Part shown: piece after piece, positions 6,927-16,070 of the stretch
Layout of the letters: every line of letters starts with the position of its first letter
Numbering within the stretch: the stretch's first letter is position 1
Source: Thermoanaerobaculia bacterium
Lineage (GTDB): Bacteria > Acidobacteriota > Thermoanaerobaculia > Gp7-AA8
Direction of reading: 5' to 3'
DNA: 56,435 nt
Assembly: GCA_035544835.1 (NCBI GenBank)
Contig: DASZZV010000299.1
Coordinates: forward strand, 1 to 56,435
Program-made: the position numbers and the translations under genes
Notes under the pieces: model-generated
What the model saw: the letters and a program-made list of their open reading frames with translations, nothing else
Databases searched by the model: none
Told to the model about the DNA's origin: nothing

Positions 6927-8318
6927 ATGACCGTCGAATTGAGTCTGGCTTCGTTACGTAAGTTTGCCGCCGGCCGCCGCGACGAGTACGAGTCGCTTCT
7001 CGGCGAGCTGGTGGAGATGCCTACGGTCTCCGCTCAACCGGATCACAAGGGCGACATTCTGAGATGCGCCGACTTCGCCGCGGCTACGATCAGCAGATTT
7101 GGCGGCAAGGCGACAGTCATCAAGACTACCGGAAACCCAGTGGTGCACGGTTCCTTCGTCAATGAGCGCGGCCTGCCTCGGGTGACGGTCTACAACCATC
7201 TCGACGTGCAGCCGGCTTCGCGCGAGACGGAATCATGGGAGACCGAGCCTTTCGTCTTCACGAAGAAGGGAGACACCTATTTCGGCCGCGGTACGACCGA
7301 TGACAAAGGGCCGGCCGTGAGCGCGCTGTTCGGAATTCTCGCCGCGCGTGAGGCGGGCGTGCCGATCAACACCAGCGTGTTGTGGGAGTTTGAAGAGGAG
7401 ATCGGTTCCGGTAATTTCGCGTCAGCGCTCAAGAGCAAGCCGTCGGTAGTGACGACCGACTCGATCGTCGTGTCGGACACGATCTGGGTCTCGCGAAAGC
7501 GGCCGGCATGTCCGGCCGGACTCCGCGGGTTGTACGGCTTTACCCTGGTTCTCGAGACCGGCACGACCGATGTTCATTCCGGAACTACAGGAGGCGCGGC
7601 TCGAAACCCTCTCGGCGAACTGATGAAGCTCGTTTCGGAAATGTATGACGCCACGACAGGGAGAGTGAAGATCAAGGGCTTCTACGACGACGTCGAGCCG
7701 CCGACGAAGCGCGAGATCGCCGACTTCAGGAACTCCGGCTTCACGGTCCGGGAATTCAAGAAAGCGCACAAGCTGAAGTCGATCCGCAGCGACGATGCGC
7801 TCGATGTGATGAAGCGGCTTTGGGCCATGCCCACCATGGAGGTGCACGGCGTTGTTGGTGGATACACGGGACCAGGAGTGAAGACGGTGATTCCGCCTCG
7901 CGCCGAGGTGAAGGTGTCGTGTCGGCTGGTTTGCTCTCAGGATCCGGTGAAGATCGAGAAGTTGATCAAGGCTTTCGTCAAAGGCCGCAACGGTGACGTC
8001 AAAGTCGAGCCTGAGAGCCACATGTATCCGTACAAGGCACCCACCGAGGGACCTTATGCCGATGCTATTCGTCGCTCCATGAAGTTCGCTTTCGGGCGCG
8101 AGCCGGTATTCGTACGGGAAGGGGGCTCGATCGGAGCAGTACCTTCCATGGAGAAGCTTCTCGATTGTCCCGTGCTCTTTCTGGGTTTGTCGCTTCCGGA
8201 ACATGGCTACCACGCTCCGAATGAGAACTTCGATTGGCGACAGGCCTCGGGCGGTATGATCGCTTTCGCGAGATATTTCCAGGAGCTTTCTCAGCTGTCC
8301 CGGACAGTCTTGCGATAG
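6927..8318 (+). CDS. M20-family metallopeptidase (dipeptidase/ArgE-DapE-CPG2 superfamily)
   Basis: Motifs VYNHLDVQPA, W.TEPF, GRGTTDDKGP, EEEIGS. AAGGAG lies 5 nt upstream of the ATG at 6927 (the track begins at GTG 6921). Confidence 0.9.
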   Translation: MTVELSLASLRKFAAGRRDEYESLLGELVEMPTVSAQPDHKGDILRCADFAAATISRFGGKATVIKTTGNPVVHGSFVNERGLPRVTVYNHLDVQPASRETESWETEPFVFTKKGDTYFGRGTTDDKGPAVSALFGILAAREAGVPINTSVLWEFEEEIGSGNFASALKSKPSVVTTDSIVVSDTIWVSRKRPACPAGLRGLYGFTLVLETGTTDVHSGTTGGAARNPLGELMKLVSEMYDATTGRVKIKGFYDDVEPPTKREIADFRNSGFTVREFKKAHKLKSIRSDDALDVMKRLWAMPTMEVHGVVGGYTGPGVKTVIPPRAEVKVSCRLVCSQDPVKIEKLIKAFVKGRNGDVKVEPESHMYPYKAPTEGPYADAIRRSMKFAFGREPVFVREGGSIGAVPSMEKLLDCPVLFLGLSLPEHGYHAPNENFDWRQASGGMIAFARYFQELSQLSRTVLR

Positions 8319-8376
8319 CTCAGCTTCTAGCTGTTAGCCTCTAGCTAGAAGCTAGAAGCTAGAAGCTACTAGAAGC
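8317..8376. repeat. heptamer-built hairpin using the same TAGCTTC unit as 2586..2838; likely terminator of the peptidase gene
   Basis: tagctcagcttctagctgttagcctctagc | tagaagctagaagctagaagctactagaagc. It starts within the stop codon at 8316-8318 and ends 22 nt before the kinase start. Confidence 0.8.
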
Positions 8377-8397
8377 CTTTCAAGCCAGGATGGTGAA

Positions 8398-9288
8398 TTG
8401 AACAGCCAGCACGTCTCGCATTACCGCATTCTCCGGAAGCTGGGGGAGGGTGCAATGGGCGAGGTTTATCTGGCTCAGGACACGGTTCTGAATCGTTACG
8501 TCGCGGTAAAGCTCCTTCCGAAACAGTACACACGTGACCCCGAACGTCTGCATCGCTTCCATCAGGAAGCGCAGGTGGCATCGGTGCTGAATCATCCCAA
8601 CGTTCTGACGATTCACGAGGTCGGTCAGCAGGAGGACCTTCACTTCATCGTGACGGAATTCGTCGATGGCGAGACGTTGAGGATCAAGCTCAACGGAGGT
8701 GCGCTGGATGTCTCCGAGTCCTTGCGGATCGCCATGGGAATCGCGCAGGCCCTTCAGGCGGCGCACGAGTTCTGGATCGTGCATCGAGACATCAAACCGG
8801 AGAACGTGATGATCCGGAAAGACGGATGGGTGAAGGTGCTCGATTTCGGACTGGCCAAGTTGAATGAGCCGAAATTGCTGGCCGGTGGAAAGGCGATGTT
8901 CGTGACTTCGCCAGGCATGGTGCCCGGTAGTGTGCGTTACGTGGCTCCGGAGCGTCTGCGAGGCGAAGCAGCCGATCCTCGCTCGGACCTTTTCAGCCTC
9001 GGTGTCGTGATCTACGAGATGCTCACAGGGGACAGCCCGTTCGCCACGACCTCGCTCATTGAATCGATCGAAGCGATTCTTCGGGCCACGCCGCCTCCGA
9101 TCGCCGATCGCCGCGCCGGTCTTCCCGACGAACTTCAGCCCATGCTGAACAAGCTCCTTGCCAAGGAACCGATCGCGCGATACCAGACCACAGCAGAATT
9201 GGTCAGCGACTTGAAAGACATCGTCGCTGTATTCGATTACGACGAGACGACCAACCGGCGTCGCCGGAGGCCCTCTCCAGCGGGCTAA
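8398..9288 (+). CDS. Hanks-type Ser/Thr protein kinase, kinase domain only
   Basis: GEGAMGEVY (G-loop), VAVK, HRDIKPEN, DFG, APE. TTG start. 296 aa with no TM or sensor domain and an Arg-rich C-terminal tail. Confidence 0.85.
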   Translation: MNSQHVSHYRILRKLGEGAMGEVYLAQDTVLNRYVAVKLLPKQYTRDPERLHRFHQEAQVASVLNHPNVLTIHEVGQQEDLHFIVTEFVDGETLRIKLNGGALDVSESLRIAMGIAQALQAAHEFWIVHRDIKPENVMIRKDGWVKVLDFGLAKLNEPKLLAGGKAMFVTSPGMVPGSVRYVAPERLRGEAADPRSDLFSLGVVIYEMLTGDSPFATTSLIESIEAILRATPPPIADRRAGLPDELQPMLNKLLAKEPIARYQTTAELVSDLKDIVAVFDYDETTNRRRRRPSPAG

Positions 9289-9292
9289 CTCG

Positions 9293-11227
9293 ATGAGCAG
9301 CAGGGCCAGCGCCACGTCCGAGAAACTTCTCCGTTCGTATCTCCCACCCATGCTGGCGACGCTGGCCGATCACCCTCCGCGCGATCCCGAGCAGTACGTC
9401 TATGAGATGAAGTACGACGGTTTCCGCGCCCTGGCGTCGCTCCTCGATGGCAACCTCACCTTGTGGAGCCGCAATGGGATCGATCTTTCGGCTCGTTTTC
9501 CGCGAGCGGCCGAGGCAGTTCAGAAGCTCCGCGTCGACAGTGTCGTCCTCGACGGAGAGATCGTAGCGCTCGATGATAAGGGCGCCCCTCGATTTCAGCT
9601 TCTGCAGCGCGGAGCAGCCGAGGATGCCCTCTACTTCGTTTTCGACCTTCTCTACCTCAACGGTCACGACCTCAGAGGAGAGCCGGTCGAGCAACGTCGG
9701 GGTCTTCTCGAGAAGCTGCTGGAGAAACCGCCGAAATTCATTCGTATTGCCGAGCAATTGCTGGAGCCTCCTGATGCCGCGCTCGCCGATGCAGCCAGGC
9801 GCGGTTATGAAGGGCTGATCGCGAAGCGAAAGGGCTCGACATACGAGAACCGCCGATCCAAAGAGTGGTTGAAACTCAAAGCGGTGAACTCTCAAGAGCT
9901 CGCCGTGATCGGCTTCACGGCCAGCAACCACTCCGACCGCGAGATTGGGTCGCTGATGCTCGGGGTGATGGAAGACGGCGCCATGCGATACGCGGGAAAG
10001 GTCGGTAGCGGCTTTTCTGCGAAGGAGCGCGTCCAGCTCAAGAGCGATCTGCTCAAAGATGCGAGCCCTGAGGCAAAGCCGGCCGGAGCCCCGAAGATGC
10101 GAGACGTGACGTGGACCAGGCCCCGAATCGTCGCGCAGGTGCAATTCATGGAGTGGACATCAGACGGCAAGCTGCGCCATCCCTCGCTGCTCGGATTTCG
10201 CTTCGACAAGAAGCCGGCGGAGTGCATTCGCGAGAAGCCGGAGGCGGTTCTGAAGCCCGCACCGAAATCGCCAACGATGGAGAAAACGGTGAAGAAGAGC
10301 GCGACGGTCCGCACCCTGAAAACAGCGAAGACTTCTGCCTCCAGAGATTCAAGGAAGAGCGCCCCGACGATCGTCTTCACGAATCCCGACCGCATTCTCT
10401 ATCCGCGCGACGGCATTACGAAGAAGGACGTCGCGGAGTATTACGCCGCAGTCAGTGATGCGATGCTGCACACCTTGAAGGAGCGTCCGCTGGTGCTCGA
10501 GCACTGGAACAGGGGGATTTCGGCGCCTTCGTGGTTCCATCAGAACATCGCTACGCGCGAGGCCGAGCCGTGGATGTCGCTGGTCGAGACGCCGACCCGA
10601 ACCAGCAACCGCGAAGTTCGCCATCTCGTGGCCGACTCACCCGCTACTCTGCAGTGGCTGGCGCAACATTCTGTTCTCACCGTGCATATGTGGTCGTCGC
10701 GGGCCGGGTCGTTGGAAAGGCCGGACTGGCTGACCTTCGACCTCGATCCGGCCAAGGGAGCGGGGATTGAACAGGCCGTCGACACGGCGCTGGTGTTGCG
10801 CAGACTGTTCGAGGATCTCGAGATTCCGAGCTATCCAAAGACCTCAGGAAAGAGGGGAATTCACCTTTTCGTTCCGCTCGCTCCGGTCTACTCGCATGAG
10901 GAAGCGGTCGAGTTTGCCAGTCGCCTCGGCGAAGCAGTTGCTTCAAAGTTGCCTTACGCGACGGTCGATCGTGCCCTGACCAGGCGGAAGGGCCGCCTGT
11001 ACCTTGACTGTCTGCAGAACGGGTACGGGAAGACGCTGGTCGCTCCCTACTCGCTCCGCGCCGTGGACGGCGCGCCGGTGTCGGCGCCATTGCAGTGGAG
11101 TGAGATCAACAATCGGCTCGATCCCGCTAAATTCAACCTGCGGACGATGCCTGAGCGGCTCGCGAAACTCGGGGATCTCTTTGCTGGTGCCACGGGAAAG
11201 GGAGTCAAGCTTCCTCGAGTGCGATGA
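9293..11227 (+). CDS. ligD: ATP-dependent DNA ligase D, ligase domain plus C-terminal polymerase/primase domain; no phosphoesterase domain recognised
   Basis: Ligase motif I YEMKYDGFR in the N-terminal half, then a Lys/Ser/Thr-rich linker. The C-terminal half has LigD-Pol motifs (PDRILYP..GITK.DV..YY, FDLDP, GKRGIHLFVPL). It starts 5 nt after the kinase stop. Confidence 0.9.
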   Translation: MSSRASATSEKLLRSYLPPMLATLADHPPRDPEQYVYEMKYDGFRALASLLDGNLTLWSRNGIDLSARFPRAAEAVQKLRVDSVVLDGEIVALDDKGAPRFQLLQRGAAEDALYFVFDLLYLNGHDLRGEPVEQRRGLLEKLLEKPPKFIRIAEQLLEPPDAALADAARRGYEGLIAKRKGSTYENRRSKEWLKLKAVNSQELAVIGFTASNHSDREIGSLMLGVMEDGAMRYAGKVGSGFSAKERVQLKSDLLKDASPEAKPAGAPKMRDVTWTRPRIVAQVQFMEWTSDGKLRHPSLLGFRFDKKPAECIREKPEAVLKPAPKSPTMEKTVKKSATVRTLKTAKTSASRDSRKSAPTIVFTNPDRILYPRDGITKKDVAEYYAAVSDAMLHTLKERPLVLEHWNRGISAPSWFHQNIATREAEPWMSLVETPTRTSNREVRHLVADSPATLQWLAQHSVLTVHMWSSRAGSLERPDWLTFDLDPAKGAGIEQAVDTALVLRRLFEDLEIPSYPKTSGKRGIHLFVPLAPVYSHEEAVEFASRLGEAVASKLPYATVDRALTRRKGRLYLDCLQNGYGKTLVAPYSLRAVDGAPVSAPLQWSEINNRLDPAKFNLRTMPERLAKLGDLFAGATGKGVKLPRVR

Positions 11228-11301
11228 CAGGTAAGTAGTGAGTTGCAACGCACAACGCAGCAGCTCAGTGCAATCGTCACTGAACCGTCACATCGGACAT
11301 A

Positions 11302-12621
11302 ATGTGGGCCTTAAGCAGGTTTCTGGAACAAAGGACGGCCCTCCCACCTTACAATCACGACGCCGCACTTTTCTTGAAGATTAGGAGTAACGCCTTGAGT
11401 ATCATCGCCGAACCAGTTGTCATACGGGAAAGTCGCAGAGTCCGCCCCTTGGCGGCCTTTGGTTTTGCCCTTGTCCATGTCGCCGCTCTGGGCGTCTTCT
11501 ACCTCGGCTTTTCGTGGAAGGGCGTCGTCCTCTGCATCCTCTCGTATTACCTGAGAATGTTTGCGATCACGGCCGGTTTTCATCGCTACTTCAGCCACAG
11601 GACCTATCGCCTGAACCGTTTCTGGCAATTCTGCATGGCCTTTCTCGGGGAAACCTCGGCACAGAAAGGCGTGCTGTGGTGGGCTTCCAACCATCGCCAC
11701 CATCACAAATATTCAGACATGCCCGAGGATATTCACAGCCCCCTCCGGCGCGGGTTCTTTTGGAGTCACATCGGCTGGATCCTGGCCGGAGACGATGGGA
11801 CCGACTACGCACGGATCCCGGACATGGCGAAGTATCGCGAAATCCGTTTTCTGGATCGCAATCAGTACATGCCGACGATGCTTTACGCGATCGCTCTGGC
11901 TCTGGTCTTTGGACCGATCGGGCTCTTCTACGGCTACTTCCTGTCGACCGTGCTCCTGTGGCACGGCACCTTCTCGATCAACAGCCTCATGCATCTGTTC
12001 GGCAAGCGTGTATATGAGACGACCGACGACAGTCGCAACAGCATGATTCTCGCGCTGGTCACTATGGGCGAGGGCTGGCACAACAATCATCACTACTATC
12101 CCGGGTCGGCGCCGCAGGGTTTCCTCTGGTGGCAGCTCGACGCCAGCTATTACATTCTCTGGATCGGAGAGAAGCTCGGCATCGTCAAGGATCTGCGTCG
12201 CGCTCCGGCTCGGGTGATCGAGGCTGCCAGACAGGATGTTCCTCGCTTCGGTGAGGCCCGCCCGGTGGCAATGCCTATGGCAGTTCCGGCAACTTCGTTT
12301 GTGACCAGCCTGGAAACGGCCAGCGAAGCTATTCATGAGCGTATTGAGCGTCTGTCGGTTCAATGGGCAGCTGCGCGCGACTCAGCCAGGCTGAAGGCCG
12401 ATCATGCCATCGCCGATCTGGAGGCGCGTCGTGCTGCTCTGGCCCTCAGGATCGAGAAACTGCAGGCCGAATACTCAGCGTACTGCAAGCGCGCCGGGGC
12501 GGCCGCCGAGAAGAAGGTACGCGAGCTCTCCGCGGAGCTGGAGCTGGCACGTCTTCATCTTCTGGAGACACTGGAGAACCTGCTCACCACAGCAGGCGCT
12601 CAACCAGCTTTCGCGACGTAG
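11302..12621 (+). CDS. membrane fatty-acid (delta-9-type acyl-CoA/acyl-lipid) desaturase with a C-terminal helical/coiled-coil extension of about 130 aa
   Basis: Three His boxes (HRYFSH, HRHHH, HNNHH) and TM helices. The tail from about 12200 is Ala/Arg/Glu/Leu-rich with heptad character. The exact start is uncertain. Confidence 0.85.
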   Translation: MWALSRFLEQRTALPPYNHDAALFLKIRSNALSIIAEPVVIRESRRVRPLAAFGFALVHVAALGVFYLGFSWKGVVLCILSYYLRMFAITAGFHRYFSHRTYRLNRFWQFCMAFLGETSAQKGVLWWASNHRHHHKYSDMPEDIHSPLRRGFFWSHIGWILAGDDGTDYARIPDMAKYREIRFLDRNQYMPTMLYAIALALVFGPIGLFYGYFLSTVLLWHGTFSINSLMHLFGKRVYETTDDSRNSMILALVTMGEGWHNNHHYYPGSAPQGFLWWQLDASYYILWIGEKLGIVKDLRRAPARVIEAARQDVPRFGEARPVAMPMAVPATSFVTSLETASEAIHERIERLSVQWAAARDSARLKADHAIADLEARRAALALRIEKLQAEYSAYCKRAGAAAEKKVRELSAELELARLHLLETLENLLTTAGAQPAFAT

Positions 12622-12622
12622 A

Positions 12623-13027
12623 GTGGACAAACCGCGCCCTGTACTGATCGTCGACGACGATCCGTCGATTCTCGCGCTGCTGACGGCCATCGTGAGACGC
12701 GAGGGGTTCGAGGTCCAGACCGCCAGGGATGGTATTTCCGGGATCGTGGAGCTTCAGGTTGCCAAGTACTGCGTAGTCCTGCTCGATCTGATGATGCCGA
12801 ACTTCGACGGCATCTCGGTGATCCGCTATCTCGACAAGCATCATCGCGACATCCTGAGGCGCGTCATCGTCATCACGGCCAGCGGTACGGAGCCGGTGAT
12901 GGAGGAGATTCGGGCAACTGAGGTTTTCGCTGTATTGGGGAAGCCCTTCATTCCTCAAGAGGTCGCCGACGCAGTAAGGCGTTGTGCCGCTACCGTTGCA
13001 GCTCCTCCGCTCAGGCCAGGTTCCTGA
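12623..13027 (+). CDS. single-domain response regulator (CheY-like receiver)
   Basis: VLIVDDD, VVLLDLMMP, VITASG, GKPF are all canonical. The track ORF was trimmed to the GTG at 12623, 2 nt after the desaturase stop codon. Its 3' end overlaps the convergent pilT-family gene by 17 nt. Confidence 0.8.
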   Translation: MDKPRPVLIVDDDPSILALLTAIVRREGFEVQTARDGISGIVELQVAKYCVVLLDLMMPNFDGISVIRYLDKHHRDILRRVIVITASGTEPVMEEIRATEVFAVLGKPFIPQEVADAVRRCAATVAAPPLRPGS

Positions 13028-14192
13028 CCTCGTCCGGACGCGCCGTTCGGGAAAGCGCTTCTTCCCGCGAGATCAGGCCTTTCCGCACCAGCTCCGTCAG
13101 CGAATCTTCCATGGTCACCATACCGAGCCGCTTCCCGAGCGTCATCTCGTTGTAGAGGTTCTGAAGCTTCTCACTGCGGATGTGCGAACGAACGGCATAG
13201 GTTGCCAGGAGCAGCTCCATGGCCGGAACGCGCCCCTTCTCGTCGATGCGAGGTAGCAGTTGCTGGCAGAGCACGGCGTGAAGACTCAGAGAGAGCTGCC
13301 TGTAAATCTGACCCTGCTGTTTCGCTGGAAACACATCGACGATTCGATTGATGGCCTGCGCTGCGTCGCTGGTATGCAGAGTAGACAGGATGAGGTGCCC
13401 GGTCTCCGCGGCCGTGAGAGCGGTCTGCACCGTTTCGAGATCTCTCATTTCCCCGACCAGGATGACGTCGGGGTCCTGACGGAGAGCGGCCCGCAGTGCT
13501 GATGCAAACGACGGTGCGTCGCGCCCTACCTCGATATGCTCGACAATCGATTTGATATCGCGGTGTTCGTACTCGATCGGGTCTTCGATGGTGATGATGT
13601 GTTTCGACCGGCGAGAGTTGATCTCGCCGAGCAGAGCGGCCAGCGTCGAGGTTTTCCCTGCACCGGTCGGCCCGCACACCAGGATCAGTCCCCTGTTTGT
13701 CGTCACCAGCTCGGCCAGGGAAGCCGGAAGATTGAGTTGGGAAAGCGAAGGGATCTCGACGGGGAGCGCCCGTATCGCCGCGGCAAGTTCGCCTCGCTGC
13801 CGATGCAGGTTGACACGAAAACGGCGTTGACGTTTTTCCGCCGTCTCATTCTGAAGAACGATTGAGAAATCTGCCGCGCCGTCATTCTCGAGACGCTGAC
13901 TCCGCCGCGGCGTGATCTGGAGCTGGAAAATCGACTGAACATCCGTCCCCGTCAGAGCCGGGCCGAACGAGCGCAGCTCGCCGTGGATGCGGAATGTGGC
14001 CGGCGCCCCGGCGATGACGAGGAGGTCGGTGGCGTTGTGCCGCACCATGTCCGAGAGCAGCTGACGCAAACGCTCCGCCGGAGCACGGTCCTCTTCGGGC
14101 ACTTCGGCCATCGTCGCTCCGTCGATCGCGTCGTCTCCGTTGAGCTGTTGGATCAGGCGGTTGATCTCGGGATCTCTCACATAGTCTGTCAT
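13011..14192 (-). CDS. pilT: type IV pilus retraction ATPase, PilT/PilU family
   Basis: Walker A GPTGAGKTST, IITIEDPIEY, His-box region TGHLILSTLHT. The track ORF was trimmed to MTDYVRDPE (ATG at 14192) because the extension runs through repeat A2. Confidence 0.85.
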   Translation of the reverse strand: MTDYVRDPEINRLIQQLNGDDAIDGATMAEVPEEDRAPAERLRQLLSDMVRHNATDLLVIAGAPATFRIHGELRSFGPALTGTDVQSIFQLQITPRRSQRLENDGAADFSIVLQNETAEKRQRRFRVNLHRQRGELAAAIRALPVEIPSLSQLNLPASLAELVTTNRGLILVCGPTGAGKTSTLAALLGEINSRRSKHIITIEDPIEYEHRDIKSIVEHIEVGRDAPSFASALRAALRQDPDVILVGEMRDLETVQTALTAAETGHLILSTLHTSDAAQAINRIVDVFPAKQQGQIYRQLSLSLHAVLCQQLLPRIDEKGRVPAMELLLATYAVRSHIRSEKLQNLYNEMTLGKRLGMVTMEDSLTELVRKGLISREEALSRTARPDEVRNLA

Positions 14193-14238
14193 CGGGTCCC
14201 TGATGCTTGAATTGCTTGTTATCCCTGAGCCGAAGGGT

Positions 14239-14364
14239 GTGTCATCCCGAGCCGCAGCGAGGGATCTGGGTGGTGGCCCTTCCATCGTGGTACTCGCACA
14301 TTTTCGATTGCCAGGGGCGCAGGGCCCCCGCCCAGATCCCTCGCTGCGGCTCGGGATGACACCC
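14239..14364. repeat. MITE/REP-like palindromic element, family A, copy A2
   Basis: The left arm is identical to A1. The right arm cccagatccctcgctgcggctcgggatgac is the exact reverse complement of the left arm. The central spacer resembles that of A1. Confidence 0.85.
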
Positions 14365-14400
14365 AAAACAACCTATTTACAGGTTGAATTGTGTCAAAGA

Positions 14401-14432
14401 ATCGAAAAGGGCGGAAGGCCGCCCTTTTCGAT
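14401..14432 (-). terminator. intrinsic terminator-like hairpin downstream of htrA
   Basis: atcgaaaagggcgg-aagg-ccgcccttttcgat forms a 14-bp perfect stem with a 4-nt loop, 22 nt after the htrA stop on the minus strand. The following T-tract is weak. Confidence 0.55.
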
Positions 14433-14453
14433 ATTAAGGCTGATTGATAGTGA

Positions 14454-15989
14454 CTACGGCACCTGCACGTACGCAAAGAACGATGCAGGACGGTCCGCGC
14501 CTCGCGTCGAACGCGAGATGTAAAGGCGCAAGTACTGGCCGCTCTTGAGGCTGTCTACGAGGCCGCGGAACTGATCGAGGCCCGTGACCCTCTGCCCGTT
14601 GGCTTGAGTGATGACATCGCCTTCGGTGAGTCCGGCATCGCCGGCAGGCGACACTTCCTTCACGTCGGTGATGGCGACGCCGCGAACCGAGTCGTCGATG
14701 CCGTAAGCCTGGCGCACGGCCGGAGTGATCTCCTGAACCGAGATACCCAGCTTATTGCGCACTGGAGCCTTCGGTTCGGTCGGCGTCGCCTCTTCGGCCT
14801 GGCCGATCGTGGCCGGTCGCTCTTCGGTCCTGGCCGTAACGTTCTTACGCTGCCCGTTCCGAATCAGGGTGATGCGAACACTACTGCCGGGTGGTTGATC
14901 GGATACGTAGTCGATCAAGTCACGAGTCTTACGGACATCCTTGTTGTCGACCTGGACGATGACATCCTCGGGCTGAATGCCTCCTTTCTCGGCGGGGCCA
15001 CCCGGAACGACGAACTCGACGAAGGCGCCTTTCATCTCAGAGAGGCCGAGCCCATCCTTTTTCTTGCTGTCGACATCGGTGATGTTGATTCCGAGATACC
15101 CACGGCTCACTTTTCCGCGCTCCTTGAGCTGCGGATAAATTCGCTTGGCGATGTTGATTGGTGTGGCGAACCCGATGTTCTGGGCATAAGCGCGGATCGC
15201 CGTGTTGATGCCGACAACCTCGCCGTTGATGTTGAGGAGAGGACCGCCGGAGTTGCCGAAGTTGATGGCGGCATCGGTCTGGATGAAATTCTCGAACGAC
15301 TGCGTGGTCCGGTTGATGCCGAGCGCGCGGCCGCGACCGGAGATCACTCCGACCGTAAGAGTGTTCTCAAACTGCAGCGGGTTCCCGATGGCAATGGCCC
15401 AATCGCCGATCCGGATCCGATCGGAATCGCCCAGACGAACTGCCGGAAGCTGCTCTTTGACGTCGATCTTCAGCAGAGCGATGTCGGTTGCGGGATCGCG
15501 ACCGATGATCTTGGCCGGCACGCGACGATCGGAGCCGTTGTCGGAGTTCCCGTAGTGAACCTCGACCCTGGTGGCGCCTTCGATGACGTGGTTGTTGGTC
15601 AGGATGTAACCGTCGGGGGAGATGATGAATCCCGAGCCACCGCTCTTCTGCTGGTGCTCGTCATCGTCATCTCCTTTAGGCGCGCGGCGCTTGTGAGGGT
15701 CGGGGAAGAAGAAATCGAACGGGTCGACTCCCTGCCCGCCATGCGGCTGCTGGGCGTCTTCCTTGACTACTTCGGTGGATGTAATGGAAACGACAGACGG
15801 CATCACCCGCTCGGCTACGTCTGCAAATGAGGGGATGGTGACGGCATTCACCGGGCCGCCGGCCGTCTGAATCGTCTGGGCGCTGGAGCGCTGCGTCCAG
15901 CCAAGGTCGGCAGTAAGGACCATGCCGCCCGCCACACAGGCGATGGCGATGGCCAGCATAGACAGATTTCGCTTCATCACGTGACTCAT
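14454..15989 (-). CDS. htrA: periplasmic serine endoprotease HtrA/DegP/DegQ family with two PDZ domains
   Basis: Catalytic motifs TNNHV, D.ALLK, GNSGGPL, followed by two PDZ-like regions. The start was set at MSHVMKRN, with AAGGAGGAG 9 nt upstream. Confidence 0.9.
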   Translation of the reverse strand: MSHVMKRNLSMLAIAIACVAGGMVLTADLGWTQRSSAQTIQTAGGPVNAVTIPSFADVAERVMPSVVSITSTEVVKEDAQQPHGGQGVDPFDFFFPDPHKRRAPKGDDDDEHQQKSGGSGFIISPDGYILTNNHVIEGATRVEVHYGNSDNGSDRRVPAKIIGRDPATDIALLKIDVKEQLPAVRLGDSDRIRIGDWAIAIGNPLQFENTLTVGVISGRGRALGINRTTQSFENFIQTDAAINFGNSGGPLLNINGEVVGINTAIRAYAQNIGFATPINIAKRIYPQLKERGKVSRGYLGINITDVDSKKKDGLGLSEMKGAFVEFVVPGGPAEKGGIQPEDVIVQVDNKDVRKTRDLIDYVSDQPPGSSVRITLIRNGQRKNVTARTEERPATIGQAEEATPTEPKAPVRNKLGISVQEITPAVRQAYGIDDSVRGVAITDVKEVSPAGDAGLTEGDVITQANGQRVTGLDQFRGLVDSLKSGQYLRLYISRSTRGADRPASFFAYVQVP

Positions 15990-16070
15990 ACGAATCAGCT
16001 CCTCCTTGGAGACTGGGATAAAAGATAGAAATGCCGTTCCATCGGGAGTGCCACAGCACCTGCCGACAGA

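Noticed and set aside
8380-9351. 323-aa ORF antisense to the Ser/Thr kinase gene. Similar long antisense or alternative-frame ORFs occur at 3962..4783, 7422..8213, 9203..10144, 16585..17217, 36651..37769, 45338..46060, 53713..54408 and 55247..56005.
   Set aside because: Each lies wholly inside a gene with clear family motifs on the other strand or frame. Their translations are Arg/Gly/Pro-rich and motif-free, which is the usual by-product of high GC content.
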